Below, in pieces: positions 1-16,178 of a stretch of 64,000 nt of DNA (the first letter of the stretch is position 1; every line of letters begins with the position of its first letter). The notes under the pieces are model-generated. The model was not told the origin of the DNA and did not search any database. It worked only from the letters and a program-made list of their open reading frames with translations. Source of the DNA: the human T2T-CHM13v2.0 reference genome, Homo sapiens. The stretch lies in NCBI RefSeq assembly GCF_009914755.1, contig NC_060929.1; one strand, given 5' to 3'. The position numbers and the translations under genes are program-made.

Positions 1-1091
1 GGGAGCTTCATCCCAGAGGGGCACCTGCCAGATGCCAGCCAGAGCTCTCCTGTATGAGGTGTCCGTAGGCCCCTACTGGGAGGTGACTCCCAGTCAGGAT
101 ACATGGGGGTCAGGGACCAACTTGAGGAGGAAGTCTGTCCCTTATCAGAGCTCAAACGCTGTGCTGGGAGATCCGCTGCTCTCTTCAGAGCTGTCAGGCA
201 GGGATGTTTAAGTTTGCTGAAGCTGTGCCCACAGCTGCTCCTTCCCCCAGGTGCTCTGTCCCAGGGAGATGGGAGTTTTATCTATAAGCCCCTGACTGGG
301 GCTGCTGCCTTTTTTTCAGAGATGCCCTGCCCAGAGAGGAGGAATCTAGAGAGGCAGCCTGGCTGCAGCGGCCTTGCTGAGCTGTGGTGGGCTCCACCCA
401 GTTCAAACTTCCCAGTGGCTTTGTTTACACTGTGAGGGTAAAGCTACCCACTCAAGTCTCAGCAATGGTGGATGCCCCTCCCCCAACCAAGCTCAAGTGT
501 CCCAGGTTGACCTCAGACTGCTGTGCTAGCAGCAAGAATTTCAAGCCAGTGGATCTTAGCTTGCTGGGCTCCATTGGGGTGAAACCCGCCACACCAGACC
601 ACTTGGCTCTCTGGCTTCTGCCCCCTTTCCAGGGGAGTGAATGGTTCTGTCTCACTGGCATTCCAGGTTGCACTGGGGTATGAAAAAAAAAACTCCTGTA
701 GCTAGCTTGGTGTCTGCCCAAATGGCCACCCAGTTTTGTGCTTGAAACCCAGGGCCCTGGTGGTGTAGGCACCGGAGGGAATCTCCTGCTCTGCCAGTTG
801 CGATGACCATGGGAAAAGCGCATTATCTGGGCCAGAGTGCACCATTCCTCCCAGTACAGTCTCTCACGGCTTCCCTTGGCTGGGGGAGGGAAATCCCCCG
901 ACCCCTTGTACTTCCCAGGTGAGGTGATGCCCCACCCTGCTTCAGCTCGCCCTCTGTGGGCTGCACCCACTGTCCAACCAGTCCCAGTGAGATGAACTGT
1001 GTACCTCAGTTGGAAATGCAGAAATCACCTGCCTTCTGTGTCGATCTCACTGGGAGATGCAGACTGGAGCTGTTCCTATTCAGTCATCTTG
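1..1091 (-). mobile_element. LINE-1 5'UTR (L1PA7/8-like); element continues left of the window
   Basis: ggagctgttcctattcagtcatcttg (~1066-1091) is the reverse complement of the L1 5' start (caagatggccgaataggaacagctcc); typical L1PA 5'UTR throughout; ORF0-like ORF at 465-683 on +. Confidence 0.9.
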
Positions 1092-1574
1092 CTAGCAAAT
1101 CAAAACAAGTGAGTTTTATGGTATGTAAATTATACCCCCAGCAAAGCTGTTTAAAAAAATAAATAAGTCCAGAACGAAGAAGTTAGTGCCTTGCTGCTGC
1201 CCAGGGAGTAAATACAATGCTTTAGCAGAAATGTCAGGGCACTGTTCAATTTTCCTACATCTATCAGATCATGTCAGATAGAAGTTCTGAGGGACGCCCA
1301 AGAAACCATCCTGATTAGACTACACAAAGTCTGTGCAGACACAGTGAATTCTCCTTACCTTGGGGCCATCCAGCCTTAATGCTTTGTTGTACGTATGTGT
1401 AGAGGAAGACGTGTGCTTCAGTGGCAAATTATAGCATGCTTTTCTACATGGCAGATTCTAATTCCTTGGGAGTTATTGTACAACACTGTATCTTATAGGT
1501 AGCAGATACAAATGCAAAATGGTTTTTGTCTATAGACATGCAAATTCTGTCCTGTCCAGCAGAAGTGCAACTGA

Positions 1575-1993
<419 letters not shown>

Positions 1994-2129
1994 TTTTTAT
2001 TTTTTATTAGAAGAGATAGGGTCTCACTATGTTGCCCAGGCTGGACTCAAACTGCTGGCCTCAAGTGATTCTCCTACTGCTGCATCCTAAAGTGCTGGCA
2101 CTACAGGTGTGAGCCACAGCACCCAGCCT
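1994..2129 (-). mobile_element. Alu left monomer (FLAM/AluJ-like)
   Basis: gagatagggtctcactatgttgcccaggctgg...gtgagccacagcacccagcc. Confidence 0.85.
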
Positions 2130-2152
2130 GACTTCTCCTTTGAAACGATTTT

Positions 2153-2184
2153 AATTTTAGTATATGTGCTGCCAAAGCGAGCAC
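2153..2184 (-). pseudogene. 3'-truncated U6 snRNA retrocopy (first 32 nt)
   Basis: Reverse complement gtgctcgctttggcagcacatatactaaaatt matches U6 nt 1-32 with one C>T; degenerate flanking repeat tgaaacgattttaat / tgaaccagttttaat. Confidence 0.9.
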
Positions 2185-2309
2185 ATGAACCAGTTTTAAT
2201 ACTAGACTGATTCCTGAATTCTGAGTTAAGCAAAATCTTTAACATGTTCATTTTTTTTCTGAATAAGAATAATGATTTTATCTTTTTATGTAAATTACTT
2301 TTAACACAT

Positions 2310-2510
2310 TGGTTTTTAATTTTTTTTTAAAGAGCAGTTTTAGGTTCACAACAAAATTGAGCAAAAAAGACAGAGAGCCCCTATAAGGCCCTGCAACCCC
2401 TCTTCAGCTATCCCCACTACTGACATCTGGCACCAGAGTTTTATAATTTGTTATAATTTATTAGAATTGATGTGTTTACACTGACACATCATTATTATCC
2501 AAAGTCCACT
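2310..2510 (-). mobile_element. L1M (L1MC-like) 3' fragment
   Basis: agagcagttttaggttcacaacaaaattgagc motif typical of an antisense L1MC 3' end. Confidence 0.65.
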
Positions 2511-3115
2511 TAATGTTTTTAAATATCAATAAGTTTTTTGTCATCTTCATAAAATCTCAAGGTAACCTTTCTAGGAATCATTCTATCTATCTATGGTCTA
2601 GATTAAATCCCCTAAACAAGCGAATTCAGCCTGCCCTTTCAGAATTCTGCCTTGACAGTTTATTTCTGCCTGGGTGTGCTGCATGTTATAATAGAATGGC
2701 AATCTCCATCCACAGAGAAGCCAGTGGGAATCCTTAGAGAGCGAGAGGGTAATGTTCCTCTTTCAACTCTCTGTATCAAGCAGGCATATATTCTTGTGCT
2801 TTATTTCATAAAAGAATTAAAATGAATTGAACTGAATCTCATTTCACAATTCACTTGGTTGCTTGCACCAGAAGCCTGTAATCATTTTAGACTCTCTCTT
2901 TCCTTCTCTTATTTTTTGGTATTCAACAAATCTCCATCAGGGACTTACTGCCCATGTACCTAACCTGGGCAGTAAGGTCTGCACTACCAGACCCTGGAGA
3001 TAAAATAATGCGTGCAGTCCCATTCATGTGGAGCTCATGATAGATAGATAGGGGATACAACAATCACATAATCACACAAAGATATCATGAAAACATACTG
3101 TGAAAGATACCCATA

Positions 3116-3646
<531 letters not shown>

Positions 3647-3743
3647 CTAGGGGAAATTCTGTGAGGAGGGAAAGAGCATTCTGGTTGCTACAAGGTCACC
3701 ATGGCTAGAGTTGGGGCAGAGAATAGAGAAGTGAGGCTGGTGA

Positions 3744-4134
<391 letters not shown>

Positions 4135-4994
4135 TAAAATACTCCAAATTTGAAAAGATCATTTTATGGAGTATGGTTGGGTGATTGTGGCAGTGGAGTT
4201 TGAAAGAAATGGAGGGACACAGGAGATATTCAGAGAATAAAATAGAAAGGAGTAGGTGATGGGCTAAATGTGGGAGGAAATACTGGAGAGGGGTGAGTGA
4301 AGGTGAGTCCTAGATTAGCAGCTTGAACCACCAGCTGGGATCTCTCACTGAAGCTGGAAACACCAGAGGAGGCTATATTCCCTCATTCCCTGTTTTAGTC
4401 TCAGCAAATCCCTCTAGCTTATCTCATTGGGTTTGATTCCTTGCTTGAAGGCAGTGAGTGGTCACTCTCCTGTCCCTAGAAAATGACCAGCATACTCCCA
4501 AGACAAATGAAGATTTTTCAAAATAAAAGCCAGGAGAGGGGGCTGTCTTGTGCAACATCTCTTTCAGGTCCAACTACACAAATGCCCCTGAACAAAGACA
4601 CATTTAAAACTGGCCAGCTTCTTGAAATGGGGAATGGAAAATGCTGAGAGAAAGAAAAAACATTGAGTTGGAAAAAATAAGTAAGAGGAAAGTGGAATTT
4701 GTAGTTCAGGAACTTAGAAGGCGAGAAAAGTCATCTCTTGATGATAATTCCCAATAGGTCACATCCAATTAATCACCAAATTCTATTGATTCTGCTTTCT
4801 TAATAATTTTTGAGTTTCTTAATAATTTGTGAATTGACCCTGTCACCCCTAGTTTCACTGCATGAAGTTATACAGATAAGACAGGAAGTTTCCTGACTTC
4901 TAGCTGTGAAGACTTCATTTCACCATCTTTATCCAGAGTGGGTGACCACATTCTCACAGCTTCTTTACCTGAATTTCTGTAAAACCAGTGATAT

Positions 4995-5350
4995 CAGGAT
5001 GGTGTTTGGCTGTAGGTAGCAGAAAAACCCAAACATAGTAGCTTAACCAAAGAGAAATGAACAGTACAGAGCAAGAGGCAGCAGCTTGAAGAAGTTACCA
5101 AGGATCCAGGTACACCCCCAAAGCTGCATTCCAGGTAGGAAGATGAAGTGAGAAGGGAAGATGGTTTCTGATCAGGAAAGTAGAACATTTCTAGAAATTC
5201 CCAGTAGACTTGCACTTTTGCCAGAACTGTTGTCACAGCTACCTTAACAGCAAGGGAACATAGGGAATATAAATACTAAGCAGTGGATTTTTTTTCCAGT
5301 GGTTGTTTTGTTTTTTACTATAAGGAAGATGGGGAGAATGAATAAGCGCT
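4995..5350. mobile_element. Old MaLR (MLT1-type) LTR remnant
   Basis: ggctgtaggtagcagaaaaacccaaacatagtagcttaac and ccagaactgttgtcacagctaccttaac resemble old MLT1 LTRs. Confidence 0.5.
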
Positions 5351-5835
5351 AGGTCAATGATAGTATCTACACACAAGGCCCTTCAGGATTTGGCCCCTGA
5401 CTCTTTCTAAAACTATCCCCCTTCTCTCTCCTTCAGGCCCCATTGCTCCAGGCATACCTGCAAGTCTCTAAATTTACCATGCTGTCACAAGTCCATACAG
5501 CTCTGCACACGTTTGTTTGTTTGTTTTTTCCTGGATTGCTGTTTTTCTTTCCTTCCAAACTAGATCCTAGTTTTCTTTCAGACTTCAACAGCAGTGTAAT
5601 TTCTTCTCACAAGTCTTTCTGGTCTCCTCTTCTCTTTTCCTATAGTTTCTCCAGTTTATCTCTCTCTTAGGTGGCACTTCTCATGCCACACTCTGATAAT
5701 TGGTTTGCTGGGTCATGAGCTGCTCAAGAGTAGAGACTGTATTTCACTCAATGCTACTCACAACAGTGTGAGTCATTAGGAAATGTTTGCTGAACGAATA
5801 AATCCAGCCCTATGTTCACTTTCCTTAGCGGCTGC

Positions 5836-6232
5836 TGTGATTGGAATGTGTCCCTCAAAGTCCATGTGTTGAGAACATAATCTCTAATGCAACAGTGTTG
5901 GGAGGTGGGCCTTCCTAAGGGGTGATTAGATCTTGAGGCCTTCTGGCCTCATGGATGGATTAATGTTGCCATCTCAGGAGTGGGTGAGTCATGATGAGAG
6001 TGGGTTTGTTATATAAGCGAGTTCAGCTGTCTTGTTTGCTTGCTCTCTCTAGCACATGCTCTCTTGCCCTTCCACTTCCTGCCAATGAGATGACCAGTAT
6101 GAAGGCCCTCACCAAACGCAGCCCCTGGATCTTGGACTTCCCAGCCCTTAGAATCATGAACCAAATAAAGTTCTACTGTTTATAAATTATGCAGTTTGTG
6201 GTATTCTGTTATAGCAAAAATGGACTAAGACA
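5836..6232 (+). mobile_element. MaLR solo LTR (MST-type)
   Basis: tgtgattggaatgtgtccctcaaag ... cttggacttcccagcc ... gtattctgttatagcaaaaatggactaagaca. Confidence 0.85.
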
Positions 6233-6340
6233 GTGACCTAGTCACATCCATCTTCCTCACCTTTACTTTCACTCACTGCAAATTAGACATGAAGTTACAC
6301 AGACGAGACAGGAACGTTTTTGACTCCGCACTATAGCTTG

Positions 6341-6755
6341 GTGCATTGGTTTTCTAGAGCTGCCATAACAAAGTACCACAGACTGGGTAGCTTAAACAAC
6401 AGAAATTCATTTTCTCATAGTTCTGGAGACTGGAAGTCCAATGTCAAAGTGTCAGCAGGGTTGGTTTCTTCTGTCTCTCTCCTTGGCTTGCAGATGACTG
6501 CCTTCTTGCTGTGTTCTCATGTGGCCTTTCCTCTGTATGCACACATGTCTTGTGTGTCTCCTTGTGTGTCCAGATGTCCTCTTCTTATAAAGACACATGC
6601 ACTTTGGATTAGGGCCCACCCATAGGACCTCATCCTAATTTAATCAACTTGTTTAATTTAATCATCATATCTTCAGTACAGTCCTATCCTGAGACACTGT
6701 GGGTTAGGATTCCAGCATGATTTTCTGGGGGGAGGGGCACAATTCAGTCCATAAA
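6341..6755 (-). mobile_element. MaLR solo LTR (MLT1A/B-type)
   Basis: gctgccataacaaagtaccacagactgggtagcttaaacaacagaaatt ... aattcagtccataa. Confidence 0.85.
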
Positions 6756-7259
6756 ACTTAGTCTTCTCCATGTGCTGATTCCCACAAAGGACCCAGTGAG
6801 TGGCAGGCTCCATCGGGAAACTCATTCCAAGTCCTGGCCTTGCCCTAAAGTAGGGGAATTTGGAATTATTGCTCCTTTCTAGAGTAGATCAGTGTAAAGA
6901 GGGGCCCATGATATGTACTGAACAACCCCAACCCTTGTGGGAAGCCCCAGAGGACAGCCAGGACACTGGAGAAGGAGACATGGCAAATGCTTCACCATTA
7001 TCTTTTAAGGATCTTTGGAGTAGCTGAGAGCATCAACCTCCTTTTCTACAGAATATTTTCCAAACCGAGAGGAAAGTAAAATTTTCTTGATTCTCCCTTC
7101 CTTTCCTAACCTCGTCTATCTGGCACTGGTGGAAATTGCAAAAGATAATAAGGTAAACAAAACACAAAGAGGCAGAAACATAGTTTGCACCATGGACTCT
7201 TGCATAAGTGAAAAGCGGGCAAAGAGTGTGCCTTGTTCATTTGCAGAGACTTTGCAGCC

Positions 7260-7636
7260 TGTTACGAACTGAATGTTTGTGTCCCCCTATCCCCAAATTC
7301 ATATATTGAAGCCCTAACCTTCAGGATTTAGAGTAACAAAGTAATTTAGGTTAAATGAGGTCTTAAGGGAGGGCTCTGATTCAATAGGATTAGTGTCTTT
7401 ATAAAAAGAGACACTAAGAAGAGTTTTTTCTCAGGCTCTCTCCATTCACATACCCAGGAAAGGCCGTATGAGGACACAGTGAGAAGGTGGCAGGAAGAGA
7501 CCCATCACCAGAAACCAAATTGACCAGAACCTTGATCTTGGACTTCTAGCCGCAGAATGATGAGAAAATAACTTGCTACTGTTTTAGCCACCCAGCCTAT
7601 GATTTTTGTTATTGGCAACCTAAGTAAAATAAGACA
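7260..7636 (+). mobile_element. MaLR solo LTR (MLT1A/B-type)
   Basis: tgttacgaactgaatgtttgtgtcccc ... cttgatcttggacttctagcc ... taagaca. Confidence 0.85.
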
Positions 7637-8775
7637 CAGCTTTGGGATATGCTTTCTACATAGTGAGTAGTCAATGAATGTCAAATGTGTAGATATATAA
7701 TGATTTGTTTATAAAAAAGAGTTCTGTTAAAAATAACTATCTGAAGATTGTGACTATGGGTGATTTTCATTTGGTTACTTACTTTTCCATATAATCTGAA
7801 CTCTTTACAGTATAGGTATATTACACTGTAAAGTTTTTTAGAAAGCAATTTTAAAAGCCTTATCTCATACATAGCTAGATGGCTTAATACTCACGACACA
7901 GTAGGATGTAGTCATGGGTCACAGAGACAATGTTCTGGATCTTAGAGCAGCAGACACATCCCTTGTGGGCTGCGCATGATGTCTCCTAACAAGGCAAAGC
8001 CGTCTGTTAGGGTGAATTTTCTGAAAGTCTGCTTATATATGCTAGGATGGATGTCACAGGTGTGAGCTCTGTAAGGCTGGGGACAGTGTCTGGTTTTGCT
8101 CATCATTATATTCTCAGTACCTAGGACAGTGGCACATAGCAGCTAATTTTTTCTGTTAAAAGAAAATAAAAACCATCATTCAATGATTAACTACGCAGAG
8201 TAATAAATATTCGATGAACAATCAAATGAATGACTGAAGGGCATCCCAGACATGAAGTGATTATTTCTTTTGAAATTTCAGAGTGAATATATCTGACAAG
8301 AATCAAGTTACAGGAGGTCGAGGTGGGGAAATGAAGGAGGGCCCAGGTGGCATGCAGAGGAATAAACCACTGCTTGAACCCCACTTTCTGAATTGCCGAG
8401 CTACTGTCCCTTGTTCTCTTCAGTACACTGTTGCCAATTGTTGGGAGCCCCTAAAATTCGGAATTAATGAACCTATCTGGTTATGGAGATCCTGGCTTGT
8501 TGGGAATTAAGTTCAAGAAGGCTTAAGATTTCAATATAATTTGTGTGCTAGGGACCTCTTGTGGTAACTCTGTGTACTTTATCTTTCAGCACCTAGAAAT
8601 AGACACGCATGCGTGCGCGCACATCCCCCCCCCCCACACTTCAAAGTGAAAGAATTATTATTATTTGGAAATATTTTTAAAATGTTATTTTTAACATGTT
8701 AAATGTTAAAAATGTAAAAATACAAATATTCAATAAATGTCTAAAATTTTTCAATATCTCTTGTAAAGAGATTTA

Positions 8776-9082
<307 letters not shown>

Positions 9083-9475
9083 AATTTAAATTAAAGGATG
9101 TGTTTGTCTTAAAGAATTTTAAAAAGGACTAGTCCCAGTGTCAAGATGAAGAAAACAGGCATTCCTGTATGTTTGGTAGGAGTGTATATGGACACAACAA
9201 TGAGTACAACCACTTATTGGGGAAAAAATTAGGCCTTACAATTTCTTTAAAATGTTCATATTTCCTGACCCAGTAATTCCACTTCTAGGAAATTTTCCAG
9301 TAGGAAAGATAGAAAATACAGATAGGTTTCGCATATTAGGATTTTCATCAAGTTATACAGTAGAAAAAACAAGCCAAAAAAAGAAGATAGTTCAGTAAAT
9401 TATATATTCATATAAAGTGATATTACTTACTTAAAATTGTGGTTTCAATTAATATTTATTGACATGGAAGAATAC

Positions 9476-9763
<288 letters not shown>

Positions 9764-10248
9764 AACATGGCAGAATACTTATATGTGAAGGGAGTAAAGC
9801 AGAACATAGATCAATTACAACTGTAATTTATATATATACATGACAGATGGAAGAAAGGAAAGAAAGAGAAGGAAGCAAGGTTGGAAGGAAGAGAGGGAAG
9901 GAAGGAGGAAAGACATGAAAGAAGAAAGAAAGATGAAGCTGGAATGCTAACAGGTATTATTTTTGTGGGGAAGTGTATTGAGCCATTTTCTATTTCCTTC
10001 CTTAAACTTCTCTGCATTTACCAAAATTTAGACAATAAATATTCCATCAAAAAAATTAAACAAGTAATATATAGTCTTATTATAAAACATTAGTTTGGAT
10101 TTTACATTTTTAAACTTAGAGCCATACTATTTATAGATATTGTTCTAAAACTAGCTTTTCTCATTGTATCTTTTGGAGATAGTTCTATCTCAGGCTTTAC
10201 AGTTCAGACTCACTCAAATAAATATATATTTTTTTATTCTGAGAAACT

Positions 10249-10432
10249 TTTAGTTGTTTTTGTTTTGTTTTAAGACAGGGTCTCACTCTGTCACCCAGGC
10301 TGGAATGCAGTGGAAGAATCTGGGCTCACTGCAACCTCCAGCCTCCTGGGCTCAAGCAAACCTCCCGCCTCAGCCTCCCGAGTAGCTGGGACTACAGGCG
10401 CCCGCCACCACACCTGGCTAATTTTTTTGTAT
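10249..10432 (-). mobile_element. Alu right-arm fragment (AluJ-like)
   Basis: agacagggtctcactctgtcacccaggctgg...gctaatttttttgtattt. Confidence 0.88.
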
Positions 10433-10486
10433 TTAATGTATTTTCTGTGGAAAACTGGAAGTTGGAGTACCTTTCAAAAAATTAGG

Positions 10487-10809
<323 letters not shown>

Positions 10810-10815
10810 TGAAAA

Positions 10816-10817
<2 letters not shown>

Positions 10818-10859
<42 letters not shown>
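10818..10859. repeat. (CA)n microsatellite
   Basis: About 21 perfect CA units. Confidence 0.98.
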
Positions 10860-10861
<2 letters not shown>

Positions 10862-11291
10862 TAAAAGATGAAAGCAGTCCAAAAACCACTGTTCCTCTTA
10901 CCTCAGATCCCTAGGTCTCCTTTCTCTCTCTCCAGAAGAAACTGTTAGCAGTTACAGATGTACTCCACTAGCATATTATTTGCGTAAAAATAGTGAGTCC
11001 AAATCCGTCTCTGACCCCCTTTACTAAAACACAAGTGGGAATGTACTATATACATACTCTCCAATGCCATGGGATTTTAACAAAATATAACAATATATCT
11101 AGTAGACTTTAAAAAAAAACACATAATGGGACTTCAGAAGAATTAAAAAAATAAGTTGGGAATATTTACATTACTGGCAATATGATAAATATGTTGAAAA
11201 CTATTTCCGCTATAAAAATATAAATGCTACATAAAATACAATTTTTAAAAACACATGTGGCTGAGTTAGTAAAAAGTGAGGGACCAGCTCT

Positions 11292-11665
<374 letters not shown>

Positions 11666-11683
11666 TTAAAATTGTGGTAAATT

Positions 11684-12720
<1,037 letters not shown>

Positions 12721-12737
12721 TACTTTTGTTATTACTT

Positions 12738-12881
12738 AATTTTAGAGATGAGCCTTGCTCTGTCGCCCAGGCTGGAGTGCAGATCATAGTACACTGCAAC
12801 CTTAAACTCCTGGGCTCAAGTGATCCCCCGTCTCAGCCTCCCAAGTGGCTGGCACTATAGGCATGAGCCACTGTGCCTGGC
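12738..12881 (-). mobile_element. Alu monomer fragment
   Basis: gagccttgctctgtcgcccaggctggagtgcag...gagccactgtgcctggc. Confidence 0.85.
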
Positions 12882-13201
12882 TCAGTAATTACTTTAATAG
12901 ATTAAACATGCCAATTAAAAGACACAGATTGGCTGAATGGATTTTTTTTAAAGGGTGGATAAAGATACTCCATGGGAATTGTCAAGTTTTTGTTGTAAAG
13001 TCTATTTAGTCTGATGTAATTATGGTTACCCTACTCTCTTTAGGTTCCTGTTTGCATGAAATATCATTTTTTACCCTTTCACTTTTAGCCTATGGGTGCC
13101 CCTTAGGTCCAAAACGATTCTGTTGTAGACAGCACACAGTTAGATCTTGTACAAAATAACTTGGAGAATGCATCTATAGGTTATAATTAAAGTCTTATAA
13201 T

Positions 13202-13513
<312 letters not shown>

Positions 13514-13693
13514 ACTCCTACAGTGAAAACTTTACTACAATAAGGGTGCTTGCTTGGACAAGGATGTTCAAACACATATACACAAGAACGCTCAAAATGT
13601 ATCAGCTTCAATTCTTTCAGAGTGAGCCAAAATAATTTAGGGGAAAAATTATTTTGACTAAAAATTACATAATGAAATAATGACTAATAATGA

Positions 13694-14036
<343 letters not shown>

Positions 14037-14536
14037 AAAAAATCCTTCTAATCAGAAGTTCATTTTGAGGTATTTACGTTGATGTAGTGTTTTGTTGTCA
14101 CTGAGCACAACTTTGTCCCCAACCCTTTTTAACAGACACAAAGTAGACATCAAGTGGCTAAGGTGGTATACTGAATTTCTACTCTTCTAAGATTTTTAAA
14201 AATAATCAAATATTTGTAAGACAGCTAGCAACCTCATGAGCAAAAAAAAAAAAAAAAAAAAAAAAAGATCTGAAAGCTTTGTAGGATAAATTCAGAATTC
14301 TTTTTTTCACCTCTAGATGGTGCAAACTAAAAGTAATTTCTGTTTGTCAGGGTTTAGCTATGATAGATGAGTCCTAATACCTTTAGGTTTACTTTTCCTG
14401 TGTAACTATATAAAAGGCATTCCTGGCCTTATTTATCACAGTTTGCTTAGTTTATTTCTGAATACACTTACTTATGACCTATAGAAGTCTTAATAAATAT
14501 GGAAGATCAATTTTACTAAATGCTCCTAATTGTCAC

Positions 14537-14743
14537 TTTTTTTTTTTTTTTTTTTTTTTTGAGATGGAGTCTGGCTCTCGCCCAGGCTGGAGGGCAGTAG
14601 TGCAATCTTGGCTCACTGCAACCTGTGCAGTAGAGACAGGGTTTCACCATGTTGGTCAGACTGATCGTAAGCTCCTAACCTTGTGATCCGCCTGCCTCGG
14701 CCTCTCAAAGTGCTGGGATTATAGGATTACCACCACGCCTGGC
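14537..14743 (-). mobile_element. Alu with ~100 bp internal deletion, no TSD
   Basis: ctcactgcaacct is joined via gtgc directly to agtagagacagggtttc. Confidence 0.88.
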
Positions 14744-14786
14744 TCAGTCTCAGGCATTTCTAACAATGCAAGAACGGCCTAACACA
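14744..14786 (+). mobile_element. 3' terminal fragment of an MST/THE1-type MaLR LTR
   Basis: cagtctcaggcatttctaacaatgcaagaacggcctaacaca resembles the MST LTR end (cagtctcaggtatttctttatagcaatgcaagaacggcctaataca). Confidence 0.7.
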
Positions 14787-16077
14787 GCCAGTACCTCTCA
14801 TCCATGGAGTTGTCGCTGCTTTCCTGAGGGCAATGTTTGTCCTTCGGTGGCAACTTAATAACTGCTGACTGACCTTGAACTCTCTCTCAGAGCATATGGA
14901 ATGCCATCAGTTTATCTTCTACACAATTCAAAGTATTACTTCTAAATGTGAAGAAGTAATGGGCCATATTTTCCACTTTGAGCATATGTTGTAAAATGAT
15001 GAGATAGCTCAGAGTTTGAAATCTTAACCAACTAATGCCTACTATAAGCATTTCCCTAGGAAATTTATATCTGTATAACACTGGTCTGTAGGACAAAAAT
15101 TAAGGAGCAATTGATGTGATTTTGACAAGAAGCTGTTCTACAAATTCTATTTTTTAGTCGTTAGCCAACTGAAATAAGGTCTTAAAAGCAATATTCTGGG
15201 GACAAGCCCTAAAGACCCTCCAAGTACATTGGGATCATATTGTCTGGGCCAAACAAGACAATAATATCTATGCCATCCCAACTGAGTAAGTTTATATATG
15301 TGAACCACAGACCTGACTGAAGACAATTCCAAGAGGTTGAGCATTTTACAAAATATTTTATCTCTCTGGAATCTGAAGGTTTCAACATTTAAAAATTTTC
15401 ATGTTAGATACTCATATATGCCAGTAAATTTGCATTTGTATATGATTTGAACTATGAGGTTTTGAACAGATTATTTCAACAAAGCAATGTACTAGTTCTG
15501 AAATTATTCTTATTTTAAATATCATTTGCATTTCTGTAAATGGAAAATTATATAAAAAATTCTAGCTCTTTTGACTGTCATTAGTATTTGACTAACACTG
15601 ACTCCCCAAAGCCCTAAAAGAAAATAGCAGGAGTTGAAATTTCAGTTGCATTGGAGAAAATATGTACTTTGTTCCCTTAGAAATAAAGGAGAGCATGTTA
15701 GATGACCAGCCATGAAGAAGCTTGTCTCAATATGTTTTCTTTTGAAGCTCTAAGATAAAATAAGAGCTGTGCATATTACTGGGTATGAAAACCATCATGA
15801 ACAAAAATCCAACACTGAGTGTTGCCGAAATGATACCAGTGTTGGTACAGAATTATATGGACAGGATAGGGGGCATTCATTATCCCAGATACTTCACTTT
15901 CCATGCTCAGCAGTGTGAACATGTAAGTAAATTGTAACTTATTACTTGCGGGTCAATTGATTTCCCACTGGCACATCTCTGGATTCATTTCTATTGGGTC
16001 TCCTCTTAGACAGTTTTTACAGAGCCTCAAAATGCGTATAGCCTGGAGGAGGCCATCAGTGTCTTAATTCACAACCT

Positions 16078-16078
<1 letters not shown>

Positions 16079-16124
<46 letters not shown>

Positions 16125-16178
16125 AGAGAGAGAAAAAAAAAGAGGAAGAGAGAGAGAGAGACAGAGAAAGGGACGGAG
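16079..16178. repeat. (GT)n followed by GA-rich repeat
   Basis: About 21 GT units, then (GA)n/purine-rich tract. Confidence 0.97.

Noticed and set aside
8604-8622. acgcatgcgtgcgcgcac, an NRF1-like palindrome
   Set aside because: Embedded in a degenerate CA/CG repeat with no CpG island or promoter context.
14136-14165. Possible 27-nt micro-exon (ccctttttaacAG...AAG|GTGGTA)
   Set aside because: Weak donor and no recognisable peptide; expected by chance.
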